This document shows positions 52,458 to 63,484 of a stretch of DNA of 64,000 nt, piece by piece (the stretch's first letter is position 1; each line of letters starts with the position of its first letter). Origin of the DNA: Sedimentisphaerales bacterium (GTDB taxonomy: Bacteria > Planctomycetota > Phycisphaerae > Sedimentisphaerales > SM23-30). Location: the NCBI GenBank assembly GCA_963666285.1, contig OY762711.1, one strand, 5' to 3'. Below the pieces are notes generated by a model. It was given only the letters and a program-made list of their open reading frames with translations, did not search any database and was not told where the DNA came from. Position numbers and translations under genes: made by a program.

Positions 52458-52614
52458 TACCACACGTAGCGGAGCTGAGCACTTAACACTCTAAATTGCG
52501 TACCTTCCGGTCGGCGGCTCCGAAGTGACAAGACCGGACGAAACGCGGCACGAAAGACCGCGTGAATGCAGGGATGTACCCTTAACAATTGATAATGCCG
52601 GGTCGAGCGTGGTA
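52458..52614. ncRNA. Candidate structured ncRNA, possibly 6S-like
   Basis: Closing stem TACCAC(A)CG/CGTGGTA, A/T-rich internal bubble, inner hairpins TCCGGTC/GACCGGA and ACGCGG/CCGCGT, in a region lacking a credible ORF. Confidence 0.35.
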
Positions 52615-52840
52615 AAAATAAATGCAATTTCATTTCAGCTTACATGCGATCGGACATAATCATACACGAGGTGTATATAGACCCTGACGACCTCAATCAA
52701 TCAATATCTCTGCGCCCATACCACGCACTCTTTGACAAGTGAATATATGAATAAACAGGCGTCTAACATTGTTTCTGACCGGCCATAGTGCCGTTGGTAT
52801 TGTCTGTACTACCGACATAAAATAATGTATAATATCGGCC

Positions 52841-54091
52841 ATGCCAGAACATACTGCCAGAAAATCACTTAGCCGCAATACCCTATGGTCGCTGATCGGA
52901 CATATTATCAATGGCGTTGGAAGAATGTTGCTCTTTGTCCTCGCGGCAAAGTATTTCAGTGAGCATGACATGGGCATATTCAGCTGGTCGCTGGCCGTTG
53001 TTACCCCGATTGTATATCTGTTTAACCTGGAGCTGCGGTTAAGCTTCGTTACCGACACCTCAAACCGATATTCTGCCGGTGATATGGTTGTAATGCGGCT
53101 GATTGGCAATACTTTTGCCATAGCCATTATATCAGCTATCGCTGCATATATGGCTAAGTACGACTCCGCTCTTACCGCACTGCTGCTGATACTTTGCGGA
53201 CTTACTCGCGGCACAGAGTGTTTCGCTGACAGCTATATCGGGTTCCTGCAGAAAAATGAAAAAATGCGACAGGCGGCAATCTCATATATGTGCCGAACCG
53301 GACTGGTACTTGGAGCTGCCATGTTCGCTGGTTTGTTTGGCTGGCCTATTTGGTCAATCCCTATCATATGGACTACCGCGGTAATAATACTAAACAGGTT
53401 CTATGAAGCAAATGCTGTCAGGCACATTGCTCCTATATCCATTAAATTTGACTATCATAAGCTAAAAACTCTTTTTTGGGAATCCCTGCCCCTGGGGATT
53501 TTCATGGCTATCGCCAGTCTCAACACCGAAACAGGTAAATATTTCATCAAACATGAACTCGGTAGCTCTTCCGTTGCCCATTATACCATCGCAGTAATAA
53601 TTGTGAACGGCTGCATGATGACCCAAAATGGAATTAACCAGGGTGTACTGTATAGGCTTAGCCAATATTACCAGAATAACCGTCAACAGTTCTTAAAGAT
53701 GCTTGGTAAGCTTCTTTTCCTATCAACAATTTTTATGCTTTTTATCTTATTTGTTTTCTACCAGTTTGGTCAAACTATAATTGCAAAGATCAGCCAGGAA
53801 AGTTACGCTTCAGCCCTGTTTGGTGATTCTCCAATTATGATGATCATGCTTTTCGGCGGAATGCTTATTGTTTGGGCAATGGTCATCGGTGATGCTGTTG
53901 TTGCATGTCGGGAATTTGCCGGCAGAATGACCTCGATGCTGGTAAGTCTTGTAATCAATTTTACTTTATGCTATTATCTAACTATAATAAAAAAAATGGG
54001 CTTATTAGGTATCGCTTGGGCTTTCTGGGGCTCTGCGGCAGCTAATCTGGCAGTCAATATTGTTTATTTGGTTAAATTGATCAGGAAATAG
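52841..54091 (+). CDS. Polysaccharide flippase-like (Wzx/MOP family) membrane protein
   Basis: About 12 hydrophobic segments; N-terminus SLSRNTLWSLIG; SLPLG motif. Confidence 0.7.
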   Translation: MPEHTARKSLSRNTLWSLIGHIINGVGRMLLFVLAAKYFSEHDMGIFSWSLAVVTPIVYLFNLELRLSFVTDTSNRYSAGDMVVMRLIGNTFAIAIISAIAAYMAKYDSALTALLLILCGLTRGTECFADSYIGFLQKNEKMRQAAISYMCRTGLVLGAAMFAGLFGWPIWSIPIIWTTAVIILNRFYEANAVRHIAPISIKFDYHKLKTLFWESLPLGIFMAIASLNTETGKYFIKHELGSSSVAHYTIAVIIVNGCMMTQNGINQGVLYRLSQYYQNNRQQFLKMLGKLLFLSTIFMLFILFVFYQFGQTIIAKISQESYASALFGDSPIMMIMLFGGMLIVWAMVIGDAVVACREFAGRMTSMLVSLVINFTLCYYLTIIKKMGLLGIAWAFWGSAAANLAVNIVYLVKLIRK

Positions 54092-54093
54092 GT

Positions 54094-54435
54094 ATGGAAG
54101 AAGATAAAAGAAAACTTACAGCGGCAATCCTAACTTTATCTGATACGATGGAAGGATTATTTTCGATCCTTCGCAAAGATTTACAATTTCGCGTTGAGGT
54201 TGAGGAAAGCAAGATAGTCGAAGACTTTTTGCCTGACAGAATGACACCCACCAGGATTAGATTTGAAAAATTTCAGAAAATTCTGGATGAACTGGAAAAC
54301 TCGGAGATTCTTCCACTTGAAGATATCGACTTGGAAGTAAAAAAAGTTCAATCTAATAGTCATTACACTTCTAACGCCGCCAATAAAATGGATAGAGATG
54401 AAAGTCATCCACCAGAAGAATACGGCGTAAATTAA
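54094..54435 (+). CDS. Hypothetical protein
   Basis: 113-aa ORF tightly spaced between the flippase-like gene and tadA. Confidence 0.55.
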   Translation: MEEDKRKLTAAILTLSDTMEGLFSILRKDLQFRVEVEESKIVEDFLPDRMTPTRIRFEKFQKILDELENSEILPLEDIDLEVKKVQSNSHYTSNAANKMDRDESHPPEEYGVN

Positions 54436-54479
54436 GGACCGGAAATTATAATTACTAACTGCTGACTAGAGGAAATCTG

Positions 54480-55001
54480 GTGGTAGATTTTACCAATAAG
54501 GACAATAGTGACCTGGAAGCTGAATCAGTTCTTCAGGCCGACCAGGATGGGCGTTTTATGCTTGAAGCTATCAAAGAGGCCAATGCCGCCTTTGAAGCTG
54601 ACGAAGTACCGATCGGTGCCGTTATCGTTTATGATAACAAAGTCATTGCTCGGGCACATAATCAGCGAGAAACGTTAAACGACCCAACCGCTCATGCCGA
54701 AATGATAGCCCTTACTCAGGCATCCGAATACCTCGGCTCCTGGCGATTACACGGATGCACAATGTATGTCACCCTGGAACCGTGCCCAATGTGTGCCGGG
54801 GCTCTGGTTAATTCCCGAATCGATAGACTGGTATATGGACCCAGCGACCCCAAAGCCGGAGCTTGTGAATCACTGTATAATATTGTCGAAGATCAACGAC
54901 TGAACCACAGAATCATGGTTGTCAAAGATTTTATGAGCGAACCTTGCAGACTACTTCTTCAGGAATTCTTTGCCAACAAACGCAGGCAGGGAAAAAAATA
55001 G
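54480..55001 (+). CDS. tadA: tRNA adenosine(34) deaminase
   Basis: [33 protein letters not shown]. Confidence 0.93.
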   Translation: MVDFTNKDNSDLEAESVLQADQDGRFMLEAIKEANAAFEADEVPIGAVIVYDNKVIARAHNQRETLNDPTAHAEMIALTQASEYLGSWRLHGCTMYVTLEPCPMCAGALVNSRIDRLVYGPSDPKAGACESLYNIVEDQRLNHRIMVVKDFMSEPCRLLLQEFFANKRRQGKK

Positions 55002-55049
55002 TATAAACAGCTGACTTTTTTGTTTAGCAAGTGCAAAGTCACACTAATA

Positions 55050-56336
55050 CTACAATAGCTCGTAGTCAAAAGGCTTGAGTTTCATAAGGCCGGGCATCTG
55101 GTTATCACCCACTACAGCTTCAATTACAGTACCTGCATCTGTAAACTCTTCACTGAAAACTTGTCCATAAGCCTTTACAAAAGGGATTACTTTACCATTT
55201 GAATAAGGACAGGTAATTTTAATTTTTATGTTCTTTCCGGTAACTCTTTTAAGAACACTCTCAACTAAATCACTTATCCCCTGGCCCGTTTTAGATGACA
55301 CTGCAACTGCATCAGGATAAATAGCCCTGAACTCTTCAGCCTTTGTGACAGCCCCGGGTTTATCCATCTTATTCAAGACCAGCAGAATATCTTTTTCATC
55401 ACAGCCAAGCTCACCCAAAACCCTGTTAACTGCTTCTAACTGCTGAAATACATGCGGATGTGAAACGTCCAAAACATGAAGAAGCAAATCAGCATGAATG
55501 GTTTCTTCCAAAGTAGCGCGAAATGAAGCCACCAGATGATGCGGAAGATCACGAACAAAACCAACTGTATCACTTAGCAAAGCAAAGTTATCACCGTCCA
55601 GCTTCCACTTTGATGTTTTTGTATCCAGGGTAGCAAATAGCTGGTCTGCTGAATATACATCAGAACCTGTCAGTGTATTCATAAGTGTGCTTTTACCGGC
55701 ATTTGTATAACCGACAAGTGAAACCGTATAATGACGATTACGCGAACCGGCCTGTCGGCTTTTCCGCTTATCTATCTCTGATATCCGTGACTTAAGCTGT
55801 GCAACACGTTTACTAACCAGCCGACGGTCAATTTCTAGCTGGCTTTCACCTGTACCGCGAGTTCCAACTCCGCCGGTTGCAGCTCCACCGGTAACTGTAT
55901 CAAGATGGCTCCACATTCGGGTAAGACGTGGGTAAGTATATTCAAGCTGGGCAAGCTCAACCTGCATCCTGGCTTCGGCACTACTGGCACGACGTGCAAA
56001 AATATCAAGGATCAGCTCGCTGCGGTCAATAACTTTGACCTCCATAACTTTTTCCAGTTCACGGATTTGTGCCGGTGTGAGATCATTATCAAAAATCACA
56101 ACGTCAGCCTGACGTAAATGCACAAACTGTGCTATCTCTTCAGCCTTACCCTTGCCAATATATAACGAGGAGTTTATATCTCTTCGTTTTTGCCTGACAA
56201 ATCCAACAACATGAACATCAGCGGCATTTGCCAGTGATTCCAACTCATCCAATGAATCCTTGGAATCGATTACAGCACCCGGCAAAATAACATGCACTAT
56301 GATTGCTTTTTCAAAAGAACGTTCTTCTACTGCCAT
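55050..56336 (-). CDS. hflX: GTPase HflX
   Basis: ILDIFARRA, VGYTNAGKSTL, LFATLD, SDTVGF, NKMD. Confidence 0.96.
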   Translation of the reverse strand: MAVEERSFEKAIIVHVILPGAVIDSKDSLDELESLANAADVHVVGFVRQKRRDINSSLYIGKGKAEEIAQFVHLRQADVVIFDNDLTPAQIRELEKVMEVKVIDRSELILDIFARRASSAEARMQVELAQLEYTYPRLTRMWSHLDTVTGGAATGGVGTRGTGESQLEIDRRLVSKRVAQLKSRISEIDKRKSRQAGSRNRHYTVSLVGYTNAGKSTLMNTLTGSDVYSADQLFATLDTKTSKWKLDGDNFALLSDTVGFVRDLPHHLVASFRATLEETIHADLLLHVLDVSHPHVFQQLEAVNRVLGELGCDEKDILLVLNKMDKPGAVTKAEEFRAIYPDAVAVSSKTGQGISDLVESVLKRVTGKNIKIKITCPYSNGKVIPFVKAYGQVFSEEFTDAGTVIEAVVGDNQMPGLMKLKPFDYELL

Positions 56337-56377
56337 TTCTAATTAACTACTTCTCTCCCCGTATGTAATAAATAATA

Positions 56378-58792
56378 TTAGAAAGTTAAACCAAAATTGA
56401 AACTGAATAACTGAGTCTCATCTTTGTCATCCTCAACCAGAGGAAATCCAAAGTCAAAATGCATTGGCACCTGCTGAAAAACCTGAGGTATGACAATCTC
56501 TATACCAAAACCAACAGAGACACGATATGGCCCTTCACTTACAAAACCACTATCACAGAATATTTTACCAAACAGAGTCTCTTCAAAAATTGGATGTGTA
56601 ATTTCGGTTCCGGCCATAAAAATATAGCTGCTTCCCACAGGGTCTTCATCCCTGCCGCCGCGAGGACTGATACCACGATAATCAAAACCTCTCAGAGTGC
56701 CAATTCCACCGGCATAAAACTTCTCAAATGCCGGGGCATTTCCATATATTTTACTACCAGAAACCCTGGTTGCCCATACTGTTCTGCGTTCAACAATATC
56801 TTCATATAAAGTATTATAAAAAGTAATTCCTGAACTTAATTCTGTAAATGAATGATCACCGCCAAAAGCACCGAACTGCTCAACAGAAGTATTAAACTTA
56901 TACCCTTCGGTTGGTCTAAAATATCTGTCTGTTGTATTCCTGCCAATTCCAAACTTAAAGCTGGTCAGCCAGTTATCTCCCTCAACACTGGTAATCTGAT
57001 CAGGTGTGGTAACCTCTTTAAAAGGATTATTGGGATCTGTATAGTCATACCTATAGTCAAAATCACCTATCTCCACCAATTCGACTTTTGCCGTACCTTC
57101 AATTGACCAGTCATTATCAAAACGATGTCCTAAAGTCAACGAAGTTCCTCTTCGCTTCAATTTATGTGACTCATACCAGCGCCGGAATAAATACAGGTTA
57201 TAATCCAGGTAGATCGGCTGGTCATATAAATACGGCTCGTAAAATTTTAGATTTCCACGAGTCATACCGGTTCCAGGCTCAATACTTAACCTAAGACGCT
57301 GACCTCCGCCAACATAAGAATTTCCGGTAAAAAACTCCTTTAGTGACTCAGGTTTACGTGAAGCATCAAAATTTCGCTGTTCAACAGAAAACTGCCCCAA
57401 TACACCGTGATTTGTATCAACTCCGACACCAAACATAAGTAACCCGGTATTTGTCTCGGCAACTTCAACGATAGCATCTTTTTTATCTTCGTAATCACCT
57501 ACAGGCTGCACATCAACAGACTCAAATAAACCGCTTCCAGCTAATCTACGCCTGGCTTTATTAGCAGCATCCTGGTTATATACTTCACCCGGTAAAAAAC
57601 CATGACGATCAAAATCTCGCCTGATAACCTTATCCTTAGTTTCAAAATTACCTGATACTATTACCTTATTGAGATAATATTTTTTCCCCTCGGTAATAGA
57701 AAACGTAAGCCTGGCTTCTCCCGGCTTGTCAGTATATGAAATTAGCGGCACAGCATTTGCCTTGATATACCCGTTCTTTCCATAAAGGTCCTTAATGGCT
57801 TTTTCAGCTGACTGAATTTTTTTATCTCTCTTATAATCACCAGGAGCTAAAGTTACAACATTCTGAATTTCTTCAATAGAATATATCTCATTTCCTTTGA
57901 ACGAAATTTCTGATAAAAAGTACCTTGGCCCTTCGTCTATCTGAAAAATAATCTCTACTTTGGAATTATCTTCATTAAACACTTCCTTTGCTGTTACATT
58001 GGCATCAAGAAAGCCTTCTTCATGATAAAATTGAGCTATTGAATCCACATCAGATTCAAGCCTGAGGTCATCCAATTTGCCTTTACTGAAAATACCAAAC
58101 CATGAACGTGCCCGGGATTTAGTTTTCCCCTTAACCTTATATCTTGGAAAAGACTCAACCCCTTCAAATCGAACCTTATTAATTTTCAGTCTGGGGCCTT
58201 CTTCTATTTTATATACAATGACACCATCAGAATCCGCCCTGCTAGCATCAATTTTGACCTTTGAAAAATAATAGCCCTTATCTTTATAATATAGCTCTAT
58301 ATCTTTGGCTCCCTGGTTAACCAGGTATCTATCAAGAAAATCATCTGTTTCAAAAGGGAGCTGATCAGTCAACTTTTTCGACTTTATATTTTTATTTCCA
58401 TCAAATTCAATTGAAGCAACAGATACCGCTTCAAGTATATCAAAAATAATATCAACTTTATCAGGCTGCCCTTCTACCGGAACAGCATACCACTTTACAT
58501 TTTCCACCTGAGGCATGATAATGATTTTTCGAGAATCCTCTGACACAACTTTCTCATTAAAGAATGCATCAGGCCTGGAACGAACATTAGTCATAATAAC
58601 ATCATCAGGAGTATTATCATTTCCCTTAAAAATAATCTTATTGATAATCAAATTCGGGTTTTCTTGTTCAGCATATGCCGGGAATAAAATGAAAGTGCTC
58701 AATAAAGCAATCATTAATGAATAGTGAATAATATACTTTTTTGACACAGCAACAGTGCCAAAGAGACGTCCTATCATAATAAATCCTTTCAA
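56378..58792 (-). CDS. bamA: Outer membrane protein assembly factor BamA
   Basis: POTRA-like repeats, FYAGGIGTLRGFDYRGISP, C-terminal FSFNFGLTF. Confidence 0.92.
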   Translation of the reverse strand: MKGFIMIGRLFGTVAVSKKYIIHYSLMIALLSTFILFPAYAEQENPNLIINKIIFKGNDNTPDDVIMTNVRSRPDAFFNEKVVSEDSRKIIIMPQVENVKWYAVPVEGQPDKVDIIFDILEAVSVASIEFDGNKNIKSKKLTDQLPFETDDFLDRYLVNQGAKDIELYYKDKGYYFSKVKIDASRADSDGVIVYKIEEGPRLKINKVRFEGVESFPRYKVKGKTKSRARSWFGIFSKGKLDDLRLESDVDSIAQFYHEEGFLDANVTAKEVFNEDNSKVEIIFQIDEGPRYFLSEISFKGNEIYSIEEIQNVVTLAPGDYKRDKKIQSAEKAIKDLYGKNGYIKANAVPLISYTDKPGEARLTFSITEGKKYYLNKVIVSGNFETKDKVIRRDFDRHGFLPGEVYNQDAANKARRRLAGSGLFESVDVQPVGDYEDKKDAIVEVAETNTGLLMFGVGVDTNHGVLGQFSVEQRNFDASRKPESLKEFFTGNSYVGGGQRLRLSIEPGTGMTRGNLKFYEPYLYDQPIYLDYNLYLFRRWYESHKLKRRGTSLTLGHRFDNDWSIEGTAKVELVEIGDFDYRYDYTDPNNPFKEVTTPDQITSVEGDNWLTSFKFGIGRNTTDRYFRPTEGYKFNTSVEQFGAFGGDHSFTELSSGITFYNTLYEDIVERRTVWATRVSGSKIYGNAPAFEKFYAGGIGTLRGFDYRGISPRGGRDEDPVGSSYIFMAGTEITHPIFEETLFGKIFCDSGFVSEGPYRVSVGFGIEIVIPQVFQQVPMHFDFGFPLVEDDKDETQLFSFNFGLTF

Positions 58793-59041
58793 TCTTTACA
58801 CCTTGTGCAAATAATAACAAGATCGCTCGCATATAATGTGATACAAATTTGAATTTGAAACAAAAATCATTTACACATTGAATGCTTTACAACCAGCACC
58901 TCACACAAGTTATTTATTTTACACAAATAAAAATGTAGGTGTATAATTTGCAATATTTTAACTAATTTATCACTAGTTAACTACAAAAAAACTCTGGAAT
59001 TTATCGGAGATGAATTTTATACCCAAAAACAAAAAAATAAG

Positions 59042-59116
59042 GGTGAAAGACGGGACTCGAACCCGCGACCCCCAGAACCACAATCTGGTGCTCTAGCCAG
59101 CTGAGCTACTATCACC
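59042..59116 (-). tRNA. tRNA-His (GUG); CCA not encoded
   Basis: G-1:C73 pair, D-arm GCTCAGCTGGCTAGAGC, anticodon arm CCAGA-TTGTGGT-TCTGG, T-arm GGTTCGAGTCC. Confidence 0.96.
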
Positions 59117-59259
59117 ACTTATAATATAAGCTTTTTAATATCAGAGACTTGTGCATTCTTAACATGATGGCACTGATCTTGATATATTGTTTCGAGACGT
59201 GAAATAATATCAAAGGCAGATTATTTTGTCAATATAATTATCCGTTTAAAACTTCAACT

Positions 59260-60417
59260 TTATAACGCCAGCTTATATATTTCATTTATCAGGTCAATAT
59301 CATAGCCTTCAACACCCCGTTGGATAAATGAATCAAACGCTAGAGTGGCCAGCTTATCAAGGTCCGGTTCCGGTATCCCGGCCTGAGAAAAAGTAACCGG
59401 AGCACCAATAGAATGATAATAATTAACAAACATATCTGCAACTTCTGATGAACTTCGACAATTCTCGCCAAAAACGTTACAGCCGAATTTACAAATACGA
59501 TTTTCATGACGTTTGCCAACAGCTTTGATCCAGGCAGGTATTATAACTGAGAGCCCTGCACCATGAGCAACATCATAAACACCGCTCATAGGCATTTCAA
59601 GGCCGTGACATGGCATTTGAGCAAATGGAATACCCGCCTGCACAATACCGCTCCATGCCAGGGCTGCTGACCAAACAAACGCCGCCCTACCATCATAGTC
59701 ATCAGGATCAGCAACAATTGACTTGTGCGATTCCATTACTGACTGAACTAGAGATTCTGTAAGACGGTCCTGTAGTATCAGCTCTTCAGCACTTGTAGTA
59801 AAGTACGCCTCTGTAAGATGAGATATAACATCGGCAGCAGCAAAGGCAAGTTGACTCGATGAAAGAGTTTTAGTCAACTCCGGATCTAAAATAGCTAATT
59901 TGGGATTCAGTACCCCGGGTAATACAAGGGCCACTTTCTGCTGCGTATGCTCATTTGTCAGCACAGAAATGCCATTTATCTCAGATGATGTTGCAGGAAG
60001 TGTGCTAACCGCTGCCAGCGGCAGAGTTGCTTCAATAGATGCTTCTTTAGTGTAGAATTTCCAAATATTTATATCTGAGACAGCACCGGCAGAAATTGCT
60101 TTTGCTTCATCAATTACACTACCGCCGCCAATTGCACAAATCCAGTCAACCTGAGCTTCCTTTGCCTTATTCACCCCCTCTTCAGCATGAGAAAGCAAAG
60201 GATTACCTTTCACCCCGGAATGTTCAACAACTTCAATTTTATTTTTGGCAAATTGGCTGACTACATTGCCATATAAACCTGACTCTTTAATACTTTTCTG
60301 ACCATATACCAGCAAAATTCTCCTGGCACCAACATTCTTTAACTCCTCTGCAAGCGAATCGATTACCCCTTTGCCAAAAATAATCTTAGTAGGATTGCAA
60401 TATCTGAAATTATTCAT
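59260..60417 (-). CDS. Iron-containing alcohol dehydrogenase (butanol dehydrogenase-like)
   Basis: NPTKIIFGKG, AIGGGSVIDEAK, LDPELT, HGLE..HGAGL. Confidence 0.9.
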   Translation of the reverse strand: MNNFRYCNPTKIIFGKGVIDSLAEELKNVGARRILLVYGQKSIKESGLYGNVVSQFAKNKIEVVEHSGVKGNPLLSHAEEGVNKAKEAQVDWICAIGGGSVIDEAKAISAGAVSDINIWKFYTKEASIEATLPLAAVSTLPATSSEINGISVLTNEHTQQKVALVLPGVLNPKLAILDPELTKTLSSSQLAFAAADVISHLTEAYFTTSAEELILQDRLTESLVQSVMESHKSIVADPDDYDGRAAFVWSAALAWSGIVQAGIPFAQMPCHGLEMPMSGVYDVAHGAGLSVIIPAWIKAVGKRHENRICKFGCNVFGENCRSSSEVADMFVNYYHSIGAPVTFSQAGIPEPDLDKLATLAFDSFIQRGVEGYDIDLINEIYKLAL

Positions 60418-60439
60418 TCTTTTCTGTCTTATATTTCAA

Positions 60440-60853
60440 TTAATTAAAAATATCCTCATCATCACCGGTACCGCCGACTTTACCGTCTTTTCCGCGGCTA
60501 ATTAAATCGTAACTGCCAGGCTTCTCTTTGCCAGGGATAACATATTCAAAAGGATTTCCCCATGGATCCAGTAAATCTCCGTCATTAAGCAACGGATCTT
60601 TTAATTTACCTGTCAAAGTTGAAGGCACTTTAACCAGTACTTCAAGGCCTTCGGACTGAGTAGGAAATCTACCACAGCTGGTCCAAAAAGCAGTCAAAGC
60701 CTGCTCAACAATAGCCATCCTGGGTCTAACCAGAGTTTTTTTTGCACTTTCGGCCTGAGCGATAAACTTTGGCAGCATAAGAACTGCCAAAAGAGATATT
60801 AAAAACACTACAACGAGAATTTCTATTATAGTAAATGCTTTTTTCTGTTTCAT
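60440..60853 (-). CDS. gspG: Type II secretion major pseudopilin GspG
   Basis: Prepilin motif AFTIIEILVVV, P.QSEGL..L, DPWGNPF, S.GKDG..GG..DDEDI. Confidence 0.9.
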   Translation of the reverse strand: MKQKKAFTIIEILVVVFLISLLAVLMLPKFIAQAESAKKTLVRPRMAIVEQALTAFWTSCGRFPTQSEGLEVLVKVPSTLTGKLKDPLLNDGDLLDPWGNPFEYVIPGKEKPGSYDLISRGKDGKVGGTGDDEDIFN

Positions 60854-60883
60854 TGCTGCACCTGATATATAAAAAATTAAAAA

Positions 60884-62134
60884 TTAGAAGCTAGGCAGGT
60901 TGGTTTCTACTTGTATTATCGGCAAAAGGGTAGCCAAAAGTAAAAAACCAATAAAAATTGCCAAAACAAAAATTAATAAGGCTGGAAGTATTGCCATAAG
61001 CCTTTTAACTGCACGGTCTGTATCTTTATCAAAAGCTTCGGCTGAATTAATAAGCATTTCAGGTAATTTCCCGGTATTTTCTCCAACTGAAACAACCTGT
61101 ATCAGAAGCGGAGGAAACAGACCCGATTTCTTGAGCGGAGATACAAGCGAAGCACCTGCCCGAACATGACTTACAAGAGAATCAATTTCACAGGCCAATA
61201 CCTCATTATCCAGACAGTTACGTACCACCTTCAAGGAACTTAGCATATCAACTCCACTACCAATAAGAACTCCAAGCATACGTGCAAATCTTGCAACTGC
61301 CCATTTTCGGTTAACCTGCCCTATTAAAGGCAAAGAAATTCTTATGCGGTCAAAAACAACTCTACCGGAATTGGTACGCCCCCACCTTAAAAACAAGATA
61401 AATGCAATACCAGAACCAAACAACACTGTCCACCCTGACGGTGAATTCAAAAAATTACTGACATTCATCATCACTCTGGTTGGCCATGGCAGCCATTGTA
61501 TGTCAACCGCAAGTGTATTTATTATCCTGGGGATTATCCAGGTCACCACAACCGTAGCTGATAGTAAGCCTATAAATAATACAAATAGCGGATATAACGA
61601 TGTCGTAATAATAGTGTTATGTATTGTAAGTTCCCGGTCTTTTACTTCTGCAAGGCTTGTCATACACTCATCCAGATTACCGGCACTTTCTCCAACCCTA
61701 ACCAGTGAAACATCTAAACGATCGAAGATATATTTGTATCCGGCCATCGCTTCAGAAAGTGACATCCCGGATCGTATATGCCTGGATAAATTATTTACCA
61801 GTTTTACTGTTTTTTTGCTTGGATTCTGCTGCGATACTACATCAAGAGCTCCCATTACAGGTACTTTTGCACGTAACGCCGTTGCAAATTGAGAGATAAA
61901 TTCCTGCTTTTCCCTCTTTGAAAGCCTCAACTTACTACTAATTCTTGAAGGCAAAGGAGCATCTGCAACCTGATTATTTTCATTTTCTGATATTTCGCCA
62001 GAATCAGATATTGTAGAGACAAACCTACCCTGCTCAGATAAAAGAGAACGGGCAGACTGCATGTCAGCGGCTTCGATTTCGCCGTCAATATGCTGTCCTG
62101 CCCGATTTATTGCAGTGTATCTAAATAACGCCAT
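60884..62134 (-). CDS. gspF: Type II secretion system F family protein
   Basis: F.Y.A....G, GESAGNL, YP, GENTGKL; duplicated T2SSF domains. Confidence 0.9.
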   Translation of the reverse strand: MALFRYTAINRAGQHIDGEIEAADMQSARSLLSEQGRFVSTISDSGEISENENNQVADAPLPSRISSKLRLSKREKQEFISQFATALRAKVPVMGALDVVSQQNPSKKTVKLVNNLSRHIRSGMSLSEAMAGYKYIFDRLDVSLVRVGESAGNLDECMTSLAEVKDRELTIHNTIITTSLYPLFVLFIGLLSATVVVTWIIPRIINTLAVDIQWLPWPTRVMMNVSNFLNSPSGWTVLFGSGIAFILFLRWGRTNSGRVVFDRIRISLPLIGQVNRKWAVARFARMLGVLIGSGVDMLSSLKVVRNCLDNEVLACEIDSLVSHVRAGASLVSPLKKSGLFPPLLIQVVSVGENTGKLPEMLINSAEAFDKDTDRAVKRLMAILPALLIFVLAIFIGFLLLATLLPIIQVETNLPSF

Positions 62135-62140
62135 ATGTTT

Positions 62141-63310
62141 TTACTGGCCGGACGGTTGTGGGCCTACCTTTTGTCCCGAGCTGTCTTCCGGCTCTTTATC
62201 CTCGACTTGAGGTATATCTTCAATCAGCTCTGAGAAGGACTTAACCATGCTTCCTGCCTTCCATGACTCTAAAACATAAACCCAATCCTTATGACGGGCA
62301 TTAAATTCCTGAGTCGACTGATAAACCTGGATCTGGTTATCCAGTTCTTCCATCGACTCTTTTGAAGAAGCATCAAAAGATATACTACCAGATTTTTGCT
62401 TATCCATAAACTCTTTATTTTTATATTCACTGAAACATTTTACATAATATTTATCCTGCCCCGCCTCAGATGACTTTGCAATTTTCAATGTCAACTCAGT
62501 CTGGTCTGCACATAATATCACATAACTGTAGTCAAATTTTACTGAGGCATCTATATCAGACACCTTTTTAATATCGCTGAACTCGATATTAGTAGCTGCC
62601 CCAAAGACACTTTCGTATTCGAGACCTTTAGCCTGTTTACCTTCGGGAATATTTGGCAGCGACAAATCTACATTTTCACCTTTTAATTTAGCAACAACAC
62701 TGTACGAACCTTCAGGAGTCGTAACAGTCACACTTGATACATCTTTCTTTTCACATTCCAGCAGTTTCTTTTGTACATAGCTTATAGGGTTTGCCTGCAG
62801 CCATGCTGTTTTAGGTGCAAGATATACTCTGGCCGCCTCTTCAGGCTTTTCTGACAGCTTTCGTACATACACACCCGCTCCATTATCATCACGCTTACCC
62901 ACAACAATGCCGGTAATCAATTTGTTGTCTTTATCAAAAAACTTGACGATATGTTTAGCATTTGATTCCAGAACTTCCAGCTCGGTATGGTTATCCGGGT
63001 TATCAGTCACCATATCTTCAACCTTAATATCCAGACAATCGACGATCAATTTATTTACGTTCTCAATCAATGCCGGATAGTTGTCCTTATTAGCTACTAC
63101 AAAATTGTCACCATTTTTTTCCAGGCGGGCCTTTTTGCCGCTTCCTTCAACCTCAATCGCAGCAATATCCGTGGTATTCATTCCCTGGATAAGCGGGGTA
63201 TCCTTAACAATCTCAGATACTTTTTCTGTACGCGGAATTGACACTACTATCGCCAAAACAGCCATAATAGCGGCAACAATACCTATTTTCATGAGATTTT
63301 TATCGCTCAT
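62141..63310 (-). CDS. DUF4340-like protein; start probably the ATG at 63310
   Basis: N-terminal TM (MSDKNLMKIGIVAAIMAVLAIVV), NYPA, VGK....GVYVR; follows a GldG-like gene. Confidence 0.7.
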   Translation of the reverse strand: MSDKNLMKIGIVAAIMAVLAIVVSIPRTEKVSEIVKDTPLIQGMNTTDIAAIEVEGSGKKARLEKNGDNFVVANKDNYPALIENVNKLIVDCLDIKVEDMVTDNPDNHTELEVLESNAKHIVKFFDKDNKLITGIVVGKRDDNGAGVYVRKLSEKPEEAARVYLAPKTAWLQANPISYVQKKLLECEKKDVSSVTVTTPEGSYSVVAKLKGENVDLSLPNIPEGKQAKGLEYESVFGAATNIEFSDIKKVSDIDASVKFDYSYVILCADQTELTLKIAKSSEAGQDKYYVKCFSEYKNKEFMDKQKSGSISFDASSKESMEELDNQIQVYQSTQEFNARHKDWVYVLESWKAGSMVKSFSELIEDIPQVEDKEPEDSSGQKVGPQPSGQ

Positions 63311-63484
63311 TTTCGATTTCCTTTCAAACCAAACATTGTTTGGAAATAACCTCGGCACTCCAACTGCCTCGGAAGTATAACCTATGTTAATCCTGATAAA
63401 CAACCTTTACAGCTGTACCACTTTCATTTCTTACCAAAATCAATAACATAATTATATTGAATTGTAGAGATGAAAAAGAGTTAA

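Noticed and set aside
52500..52570. Hammerhead ribozyme suggested by GACGAAAC
   Set aside because: No CUGANGA core and no NUH cleavage triplet in the expected position.
59042..59116. tRNA-His as an integration site
   Set aside because: No integrase nearby and no duplicated tRNA 3' end seen in the window.
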